Source: Candidatus Heimdallarchaeota archaeon (GTDB lineage Archaea; Asgardarchaeota; Heimdallarchaeia; Heimdallarchaeales; Heimdallarchaeaceae). Taken from it: a stretch of DNA of 24,065 bases. The notes below the pieces were generated by a model. That model made no database searches. It saw nothing but the letters and a program-made list of their open reading frames with translations, and was not told the origin of the DNA. Below, in pieces: positions 1 through 6,731 of the stretch. Position 1 is the stretch's first letter; each line of letters begins with the position of its first letter. Location of the stretch: assembly GCA_021399395.1 (NCBI GenBank), contig JAAFKJ010000172.1:1-24065 (forward strand), given 5' to 3'. Made by a program: the position numbers and the translations under genes.

Positions 1-986
1 ATTCCTCGCTCCTCTGCTTTATACTTGAGCAGAGAAAGGAGTTTGTGATAGGGGACGATAACAAACATCTGGGTGGTCTTCTTCCTTAATCTAATTTGTT
101 GCTTCCACCCTGGATTATAACCTATATAGATAGTGCGTAAACCTCGTTTGTGCCACAAATTGACTAAAAATCTACTTAAATGGTGGAAACAGTCTTTAAC
201 CTTTCTTCTCCACTTTTCCTTAACTTGAAAATAAGCTGGCCCATATCGGAGCTTGTTCTTCTGCTGGAGTTGGACTCTTTGCTGTTGTGCATATTGTTCT
301 TGTAATTGACTGATTTTTTTCAGATAATATTGCATGATACTTTTGATTCCCTTCCCCTCGTCCTTGATAATAATCGGGCGTGAGCCGATATTATCCACAA
401 AGGTAACGAGGTTGGTTAAGCCCAGATCAAGTGCACCTTTTCGTTTGGTATTCTTCTGCACTTGCTTGGGGATGTGTTTGAGATAGATGATCTCTACGGT
501 ATACCCTACTCCTCTCGGAACGATTCTCACTTCTCGTAGATTATCTGTAGCTTTCAATCTAGTCTTGATGGTAAACGGTATTTTCTTAGGCAACACTAAC
601 CGACCATTGCTGATCTTTGCTTGTTGATTAGAGATGATCGCAATTGTCTCCCCATCAGGTGCTTTATAGTGAGGAGGGCGAGGTGGTCCGAGGAATTTAT
701 TTGGTTGCTTTTTCCATTCTTTACTAGCTTGGAAGAAGGCTTTCCAGTTTCGGATAAGTAGTTTGAGCGTGTGTTGAGCTGTGTGAGCGGGAAGTATACG
801 GTAACATGTTTCCTTCTTCAGTTTCCTGTCTAACTCATAATAAGAATATGCTGCTTTTTGTTGCAGTAACTGTTGTTTACACAGATAATTTGCTCGATTG
901 TAGAGATTCTTTGTTTGATGGCAGAGTGTGCTCAAAGCTGTGTGAGTTGGAGCTTCCATCACTTCTGCTCGAGGATAACTCTTCAT
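1..986 (-). CDS. tnpB: IS200/IS605-family RNA-guided endonuclease TnpB, partial (328 codons in window; 3' end runs off the left edge)
   Basis: Manual translation from ATG at 986 is open to position 1: MKSYPRAEVMEAPTHTALSTLCHQTKNLYNRANY...WKAFF...PRPPHYK...LREVRIVPRGVGYTVEIIY...GALDLGLTNL (RuvC-I Asp, codon 428-426)...FHHLSRFLV...IYIGYNPGWKQ...LLKYKAEERG. TTTTTATA box at -23 to -30 (1009-1016). Missing from the ORF track because there is no stop in the window. Confidence 0.95.
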   Translation of the reverse strand, partial: MKSYPRAEVMEAPTHTALSTLCHQTKNLYNRANYLCKQQLLQQKAAYSYYELDRKLKKETCYRILPAHTAQHTLKLLIRNWKAFFQASKEWKKQPNKFLGPPRPPHYKAPDGETIAIISNQQAKISNGRLVLPKKIPFTIKTRLKATDNLREVRIVPRGVGYTVEIIYLKHIPKQVQKNTKRKGALDLGLTNLVTFVDNIGSRPIIIKDEGKGIKSIMQYYLKKISQLQEQYAQQQRVQLQQKNKLRYGPAYFQVKEKWRRKVKDCFHHLSRFLVNLWHKRGLRTIYIGYNPGWKQQIRLRKKTTQMFVIVPYHKLLSLLKYKAEERG

Positions 987-1055
987 CCCTACTTCATCTT
1001 GCTTTGTCTATAAAAACCCCACAAACCTTTTTTTAATTACACAGTTACACAAAAG

Positions 1056-1085
1056 TACATCATAAACTGTATTAGAAATGATGTA
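1056..1085. repeat. Perfect 8-bp inverted repeat TACATCAT-N14-ATGATGTA, candidate IS left-end hairpin
   Basis: Arms at 1056-1063 and 1078-1085. An overlapping alternative stem is ACAGTT (1041-1046) / AACTGT (1065-1070). Confidence 0.55.
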
Positions 1086-1158
1086 GCGTCATCCAGATTA
1101 TTTGCATAGGAAAAGGATAAATAAGTCTCTAATATATATTAAGAAGAATAGAAATTAG

Positions 1159-2214
1159 ATGGTCAGAATGAATCTTGCTCTTTATATTGCTGAAGAACAA
1201 ACCGCTCAGTTATTTGCTAAGGAAATTAAAGAAGTCCTATTAGAAATAGATCCTTCTTTGAGTATCTTAGAACTTCAAGATAAAGAGCTTGGAAAAGATA
1301 ATTGGGAAAATGAAATTCAAGATTTTTCAACACATCGGGTTAATTGTCTAATTGCAGTAGGAGATACAGGAACTTTTTTGAGAGCTATATTCCTGTGTCG
1401 CAATTCAATACCTATCGTTTCAGCATCTTCTGAGAGTATCAGTTTTTTTACAGAAATTAATCCTCTAAATGTAAAGGAAACCCTGCAAGCTTTGCTCTCT
1501 CAAAAGTATGATGTAGATAATTACAACCAAATAGTATTTCAAGATCTGAAAAGTAATCTTCCCGTACCTGCATTAAATGAAATCGCTATATTTCCTAAAG
1601 ACTCAGCTCTTCTGATGAACTATACTCTTATAGTCGACAAGAATCAGCTGTATAGAGGAAGGGCAGATGGTATAATAATATCTACTGCTCTAGGAAGTAC
1701 GGGTTATGCTCTATCCTCTGGAGGTCCAATTGCTTTTGGAAATCCAGATATTATCATTGTAGTTCCAGTTAATCCCTTGGGAAAAGATCACATTCCTTTG
1801 GTTTTGCCATCAGGTTCAGAAGTTAAACTTGTTAACATGAAATCAAGATCTCAGATTGAAGTTATTATTGATGGTCAATTAAGATTACAAGCTGATGAAG
1901 AGGTTTTGATAAGGAAATCGTCATCAACTGCAAAGATTATGCGGTTCCAAGCTAAGAGAAATATATTAGCTAAACTTCGAAATCGCTTAGTCGAACTAGA
2001 CCTGCGCAATCTCCAAGGAGTTCCACCTTCAGCAAAATATATCTTTAAACTTCTATTGACAGAAGGAGAAATGACTCAAAAAGAACTTATAGAAAGTACG
2101 GGTTTGCCTAACCGTACTGTTAGGAATGCTCTTGCTATACTGAAAGGGAAAGGAGTAATCAATCAGAGACCTCATTTAAGAGATGCAAGACAATCAATCT
2201 ACTATGTTGAATAA
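1159..2214 (+). CDS. NAD-kinase-like protein fused to a C-terminal winged-helix (MarR-like) DNA-binding domain
   Basis: ALNEIAI and ADGIIISTALGSTGYALSSGGP are NAD kinase signatures. GGDGT is replaced by GDTGT. The C-terminal PPSAKYIFKLL-TEGEMTQKEL-TGLPNRTVRNAL-RDARQSIY is a typical archaeal wHTH. Confidence 0.88.
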   Translation: MVRMNLALYIAEEQTAQLFAKEIKEVLLEIDPSLSILELQDKELGKDNWENEIQDFSTHRVNCLIAVGDTGTFLRAIFLCRNSIPIVSASSESISFFTEINPLNVKETLQALLSQKYDVDNYNQIVFQDLKSNLPVPALNEIAIFPKDSALLMNYTLIVDKNQLYRGRADGIIISTALGSTGYALSSGGPIAFGNPDIIIVVPVNPLGKDHIPLVLPSGSEVKLVNMKSRSQIEVIIDGQLRLQADEEVLIRKSSSTAKIMRFQAKRNILAKLRNRLVELDLRNLQGVPPSAKYIFKLLLTEGEMTQKELIESTGLPNRTVRNALAILKGKGVINQRPHLRDARQSIYYVE

Positions 2215-2215
2215 A

Positions 2216-2234
2216 GAAGAGCACTTCTCTTTTT
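2216..2234 (+). terminator. Putative terminator (short hairpin plus U-tract)
   Basis: AGAAG-agca-CTTCT followed by a T-run immediately after the stop at 2214. Confidence 0.4.
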
Positions 2235-2338
2235 CATAATATGTAAGATTCTATTCTTGATTGTACTATCAGATTTTTTATAAAGGATACTAAGTATAAT
2301 TTTACGGAACAAAACACTTTATCAGAGGAGTAGCTAGA

Positions 2339-3031
2339 ATGAATATGTTGACCCCGTTAACCCTAAAGAAAATTACAATTTTAGGGACAACTGGATCTGG
2401 CAAAACTACTTTTCTTGAAGCTCTTTTTGGAAATATCAGCAGAAATGATGTGGCGAGAAGGTTATTCAAAGAAGTGAGTAGTAATTTAGATTTTACACCT
2501 TTGAAATACAGCAATTTTACATCTAGTACAACAACAATCTCGTTGAATGTTGTAAATTCAGTAATAGTGTTAACACGTTTCAACAAAGTGATTCTTAGAA
2601 AATTCAAAGAAATTGATACTCTGGACTTTGAATCTATAGATTCAGCCTTTCAAGTTATTTTCAATGACCCAGCAGGTCAAGATAGATTTGATTTCATGCA
2701 AGATATTGCCATCAAAGGAGCTAATCTTGTTGTAATCATGGCTGATGGTACAAATATTTCTTCATTAGAAAAAATTGTTCATTATCTGGATATGGTAAAT
2801 CTAGAAGAATCAAGAAAACAAAGGAATATTCCTGTATTGGTATTTATCAATAAATCTGATTTGAGAGGTAAGGGAGTCTATCTTGGAAAAGAAGTTGCGG
2901 AACGTATAGTTTACTCATCTATAGTTGATAGGGAGTTGGTTTTTTATGAAACCTCGAATCTAGATGCTGACTGTTATGAACTACCTTTAACCATCGTTTT
3001 TAATTACTTAGCAATGCAAGCCTACAGCTAA
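2339..3031 (+). CDS. Ras-superfamily small GTPase (MglA/CvnD- or Arf/Rab-like) with insertions
   Basis: G1 GTTGSGKT, G2-like STTTISL, G3 DPAGQ(DRFDFM), G4 NKSD, G5-like ETSN. SD GAGGAG upstream. Confidence 0.9.
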   Translation: MNMLTPLTLKKITILGTTGSGKTTFLEALFGNISRNDVARRLFKEVSSNLDFTPLKYSNFTSSTTTISLNVVNSVIVLTRFNKVILRKFKEIDTLDFESIDSAFQVIFNDPAGQDRFDFMQDIAIKGANLVVIMADGTNISSLEKIVHYLDMVNLEESRKQRNIPVLVFINKSDLRGKGVYLGKEVAERIVYSSIVDRELVFYETSNLDADCYELPLTIVFNYLAMQAYS

Positions 3032-3038
3032 AACTGCT

Positions 3039-3066
3039 CAAACTAACTAAATCTTTATCTAGTTTG
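3039..3066. promoter_or_regulatory. 28-bp imperfect palindrome overlapping the TATA box of the 3081 gene
   Basis: CAAACTA-ac-TAAA-tc-TTTA-tc-TAGTTTG; TTTATCTA lies at -27 to -20 of ATG 3081. Confidence 0.55.
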
Positions 3067-3080
3067 CTTTTGACCTTAAC

Positions 3081-3449
3081 ATGAAAGGTATGAAAAATAT
3101 AAAACAAATTACCTTTAATTTTACACAGAGCCGCAGAATCAAGAATTATGCTCGAAAAAACAATATTCCAGAGAAGGAAGTTTTATCCAAATATCCGGAA
3201 GTAATACATATAATTTTCCAAGCTTGGAAAAAGAATTATTCTCAATCTCAAGATGTAGAATTCAGAGATTTCTTTCTCCAAGTAATGAAATTTGCAGAAT
3301 TTGAACATAGGTTGAAAGAAAGAAAGTCTGATCTGATTAAAATTAAAGATCATCTTATCATATTAGAAGATGCTTTAGTGGAGTACGACCGAGATTACAA
3401 TACAATTATCGAAATTGAACAAATTGTAAAAGACCTAACTGGGGGATGA
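3081..3449 (+). CDS. Hypothetical protein (possible ribbon-helix-helix-like N-terminus, helical/coiled-coil C-terminus)
   Basis: 122 aa, TATA box upstream, 4-bp gap to the next ORF. QITFNF-(helix)RRIKNYARKNN-IPEKEVL pattern. Confidence 0.7.
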   Translation: MKGMKNIKQITFNFTQSRRIKNYARKNNIPEKEVLSKYPEVIHIIFQAWKKNYSQSQDVEFRDFFLQVMKFAEFEHRLKERKSDLIKIKDHLIILEDALVEYDRDYNTIIEIEQIVKDLTGG

Positions 3450-3453
3450 TGAT

Positions 3454-3903
3454 ATGAAGATAGGTACAACCATGTACAAAGTAAAATTAAAAGATAAAAT
3501 CCCTTGTGATGATGAAAGCATTCTTGCTAGCGATTTAGCTTACTATTTGTACTATTTAGAGGTGATTCCAGAGGAACTTGCAGAATGGACTATGGAAGAT
3601 GTATCTAATAAGAGAGCTGAAGATGAAGAGATATTCACTGAATTAAGCAAGGAATATTCAGGATTATTTCAAGACTATGCTTTGATTAGACTAAAAGCAA
3701 ATGAACTATATGAGAGAAATCGCGTAATTGCTCTTACTCTGGGGATTCTAAGACTTAAGCTTATTCAGTTGAAAGAAAGTGGTAGAGAATTACCAATTGA
3801 TTATGATGAAGCAATCGAGAAAGTTGAATATTTTATCTATAGGTATCTAACAAAGAAACAAGATAAAAGACTGGTTGAACAAGTCGTTTTTGAAGAGAGA
3901 TAA
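3454..3903 (+). CDS. Hypothetical acidic all-alpha protein
   Basis: 149 aa; SD-like GGGGGA upstream; operonic with the 3081 gene; no recognised motif. Confidence 0.75.
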   Translation: MKIGTTMYKVKLKDKIPCDDESILASDLAYYLYYLEVIPEELAEWTMEDVSNKRAEDEEIFTELSKEYSGLFQDYALIRLKANELYERNRVIALTLGILRLKLIQLKESGRELPIDYDEAIEKVEYFIYRYLTKKQDKRLVEQVVFEER

Positions 3904-3939
3904 GGTTCATGTTCTTCAGATATTACAAATCTTATAGTT

Positions 3940-3965
3940 AAGGTCTAAACCTTCTCAACAAGGTT
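3940..3965. promoter_or_regulatory. Overlapping palindromes between the TATA box and the recombinase start (candidate recombinase binding site)
   Basis: AAGGT-ctaa-ACCTT (3940-3953) and AACCTT-ctcaac-AAGGTT (3948-3965); another AAGGTT at 3902-3907; CTTATAGT box at 3931-3938. Confidence 0.5.
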
Positions 3966-3968
3966 ATT

Positions 3969-4700
3969 ATGATTCGATGCGTAATTTATGTAAGAACATC
4001 AACAGCTGATCAAGAATCAGGTTTGGAGACTCAAATTGATGATGTTTCAGCTAAAATCTATCAAGTAGGGGACAGGGAGATAGTGAAGATCATTCGTGAT
4101 GAAGATACTCCTGGTGATAGTGATCCTGAATATAGAGAAGGATTTCTAGAAGTATTAAGAATGGTAAATAATGACGAAATTGATGAATTGTGGAGTCAAT
4201 CCAGAGATAGGTTATCAAGAGATGTAGACATTTTAGGGTACATTAGAATTCTACTAAAGAAGAAAGAAGTGCCGATAGTCTGTCTTGACGATGAAGATAA
4301 CAAAGCAATTGCGCGAGTTAAAGATTTATTTGGTGAAATGGAGCTTGAAAAATATCGTGAGAAGAGATACAAAGGGATGTTACGAAGAATAAATTCGAAA
4401 AAAGTCATGTCAAGACCACCTTTCGGATATGCTGTGGATGAAGAAGGTAGCTTAATAATTGACGACAGTAAAAGAGGGTTAATTCGAAGGCTTTTTGGTG
4501 AATTTGATAATCCATTCTCTTCTTTGAAAACCTTGAGCATGAAATACAACATCCCAGTTTCAACGTTGAGAAATATCCGATCCAATCCAATTTACAGAAC
4601 TGGAGAGGTTAGATGGGCCGGTAAAATTGCTTATTATGTTGAAGCGGTCGTACCAGAGGATAAAGATCAAATGTTGAAAACTGATTGGGAAGGAAGCTAA
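3969..4700 (+). CDS. Serine site-specific recombinase (resolvase catalytic domain plus recombinase domain, no zinc ribbon)
   Basis: YVRTST (catalytic Ser11), SRDRLSRD, long helix E then RPPFGY, and STLRNIRSNPIYRTG, as in large serine recombinases. The protein ends at 243 aa. Confidence 0.92.
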   Translation: MIRCVIYVRTSTADQESGLETQIDDVSAKIYQVGDREIVKIIRDEDTPGDSDPEYREGFLEVLRMVNNDEIDELWSQSRDRLSRDVDILGYIRILLKKKEVPIVCLDDEDNKAIARVKDLFGEMELEKYREKRYKGMLRRINSKKVMSRPPFGYAVDEEGSLIIDDSKRGLIRRLFGEFDNPFSSLKTLSMKYNIPVSTLRNIRSNPIYRTGEVRWAGKIAYYVEAVVPEDKDQMLKTDWEGS

Positions 4701-4831
4701 TCCTTCTTACTCATAAGTTTCATAAACATTTTCTTTTTCTGTTTCTCTTCTAATTTGAAGAATTTCTATGGTATAATAGATTTTTAAAAATAATAAAAAA
4801 AGAAGGAAGAAAATTTTAAACTCTTTTTCCT

Positions 4832-5659
4832 TTAATGTACTTTTTTCCTTAGAATATATGCTAATCCGATAACAAAAAGAGCTATCATACCGTATGCCCA
4901 ATTAAAGGGAATACTTTGAGTACTGATAGTGTTCAAAAGTATTAATTCGAATTTTTCTTTTCCTGCACTACTATCTATGGTTTCAGCAATTTCTAGTTTA
5001 TCCAAAGTACCCCATTCAACGTTGTAGCTAATTTCCATGACTGAATCAAATTTATAATCCCCTCCAAAAATTCCACCTGGTATATCAATATGTTCCTCTG
5101 CAGATATTATTAACAAATTGTCCTTCTTTTCAATATCATATGATCCACCTGGATCATTAAATTTAAACACTTCAAAATGCGCTACTACAAAATCAAAGAA
5201 ATCAACACTTGCAGTTGCATTTTGCAGAGTTACAGGTACAAAATACATCCAGAATACTGGACCCCAGAGTAAAGTTCCAGGATAAAGAGAGCCACCCCAG
5301 TCTAGTGCGGATGCATCGTTTCCTAGATAATCGTCATTTTTATAGAAATTCGCCCATTCTTCAGTTGTGGTGTGTATCTCTTCAAACGTAGTAAGGTTTA
5401 ATTCATCCGGATCTGTTGTGATGTTAACTCTAAGGATGTCGCCTAACTCCATAGTTATTCCCGGTTTTATTTCCCATTCATATAGATCTTCTTTTTCTAG
5501 TTTCATAATCTCCCAAGCAACTGATTCACCAGGAGATAAATTATCTGAGTAAGTAAAATCTAGATAACTAATTTCATACTCTGCTAGTGAAGTACTCATT
5601 GTAAACGAAAATATAGATAGACCTAACAAAGATAGAATAAATACAGCTTTTTTTTTCAT
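4832..5659 (-). CDS. Secreted, C-terminally membrane-anchored surface protein
   Basis: Signal peptide MKKKAVFILSLLGLSIFS; acidic beta-rich body; C-terminal IPFNW + TM helix + RKK; SD GAGGT. Confidence 0.85.
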   Translation of the reverse strand: MKKKAVFILSLLGLSIFSFTMSTSLAEYEISYLDFTYSDNLSPGESVAWEIMKLEKEDLYEWEIKPGITMELGDILRVNITTDPDELNLTTFEEIHTTTEEWANFYKNDDYLGNDASALDWGGSLYPGTLLWGPVFWMYFVPVTLQNATASVDFFDFVVAHFEVFKFNDPGGSYDIEKKDNLLIISAEEHIDIPGGIFGGDYKFDSVMEISYNVEWGTLDKLEIAETIDSSAGKEKFELILLNTISTQSIPFNWAYGMIALFVIGLAYILRKKVH

Positions 5660-5769
5660 TTATATTACCTCTATTTAATAAACTGAAAACAGTTTATATC
5701 AATCGCTAACTATCTATTTTACATTATTTAAATATATGGGGGAAGAATAACAATTAACATCTAGACTTT

Positions 5770-6675
5770 CTAGTCATACATTTCATGGATATATCCTTTT
5801 TCTAATACGACTCTGACATCTGGTATGTTCTTGCTGAAACAATACTCTGTTATATAACCAGTGACCAAGTTCTCAGGAATGACTTCAAAATAAGGATTGT
5901 AAACCTTGACTCCTTCAGGTTTGTCTTTAGCCCAGATGTCTTTTGAAGTATAACTTTGAACTGTAAATGGAATTGCTTTTAGTAGTAACTTTAAGGTAGA
6001 GCTGACAACATAGAACGGGATTTTATGTTGATAAGCAAATAAAGCTAAAGCATGACAACCTATTTTATTCGCAACATTTCCATTTGGAAATATAGTGTCT
6101 GCTCCGATTAATACAAGATCAGGTTTGAGAGTGATCATAGCCATAGACATTGCAGCATCAACTAAATAATTCACTTTGTATCCAAACTGTGTTACTTCCA
6201 GAGCAAGTTTTTTGCCTTCTAAAGCGGGTCTTGATTCAAAGACTGTTAGTTCTGGTAATTTTTCTTTATCTACTCCTTCACTCAATTTCTTAAGACTATA
6301 AACAATTGTACTTGATCTTGAAAACGTCATGATGTTTTTACACTTGGAAATTATTGGCAAGAGCTTTTCATTGACATTGCTTCTTTGTTCATCCATTTTA
6401 GCAATGACTCTTTCTGCTAATTTCTCAACAATTACTCCTTTGTGAAAGAAATCGATAAAATAAATCAAAACATTTCGAAGAGCAGACATTTCTTTCTTTA
6501 TATTCACAACTTCTCGAAGCATTTCAGTTAAATCCTTGATGTTGCCGTATTTTGCTGGATCATTATCTATTTCTTGTTTAACAATATGAATAGCTTTACG
6601 AACAATCTCTTCTGAACCACTGATTTTGTCAGTTTTCAGCTTAACTATTTCAGCTTCAAATGTTTCGGAATACAC
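5770..6675 (-). CDS. eIF-2B alpha/beta/delta family protein (sugar-phosphate isomerase fold)
   Basis: TFSRSST, FESRPALEG, VDAAM, LIGADTI, NKIG, NPYFEVIP, ITE motifs. GTG start with TTTAAAT about 25 bp upstream. Confidence 0.9.
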   Translation of the reverse strand: MYSETFEAEIVKLKTDKISGSEEIVRKAIHIVKQEIDNDPAKYGNIKDLTEMLREVVNIKKEMSALRNVLIYFIDFFHKGVIVEKLAERVIAKMDEQRSNVNEKLLPIISKCKNIMTFSRSSTIVYSLKKLSEGVDKEKLPELTVFESRPALEGKKLALEVTQFGYKVNYLVDAAMSMAMITLKPDLVLIGADTIFPNGNVANKIGCHALALFAYQHKIPFYVVSSTLKLLLKAIPFTVQSYTSKDIWAKDKPEGVKVYNPYFEVIPENLVTGYITEYCFSKNIPDVRVVLEKGYIHEMYD

Positions 6676-6731
6676 AAAGCTATTGTTAGAAGTCCATTTA
6701 AAAAGTTGTTTTTTTGATATAAAATAGGTAA

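Larger units (their letters stand above)
1..1087 (-). mobile_element. Solo-tnpB (IS1341-like) IS200/IS605 element, left part; left end approximate
   Basis: tnpB with no tnpA upstream (only 172 bp to the next, divergent gene) and hairpins at 1041-1085. The boundary is inferred. Confidence 0.6.
3066..3951. repeat. Inverted repeat pair 3066-3080 / 3937-3951 flanking two orphan ORFs
   Basis: GCTTTTGACCTTAAC (reverse complement GTTAAGGTCAAAAGC) versus GTTAAGGTCTAAACC: 13/15 identical with a 9-bp perfect core. Confidence 0.5.

Noticed and set aside
806-1036. 76-aa + strand ORF
   Set aside because: Antisense shadow of tnpB.
1-4700. IS607-like pairing of tnpB with the serine recombinase
   Set aside because: They are 3 kb apart, divergent and separated by unrelated genes, and the recombinase lacks the N-terminal HTH of IS607 TnpA.
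2215-4790. Direct repeats (attL/attR) flanking the GTPase-recombinase cassette
   Set aside because: Only 8-9-bp AT-rich matches (TTTCATAA, AGATTTTT), which are expected by chance.
5648-5656. A9 homopolymer after the start codon as a phase-variation tract
   Set aside because: Explained by Lys-Lys-Lys of the signal peptide n-region; the frame is intact.
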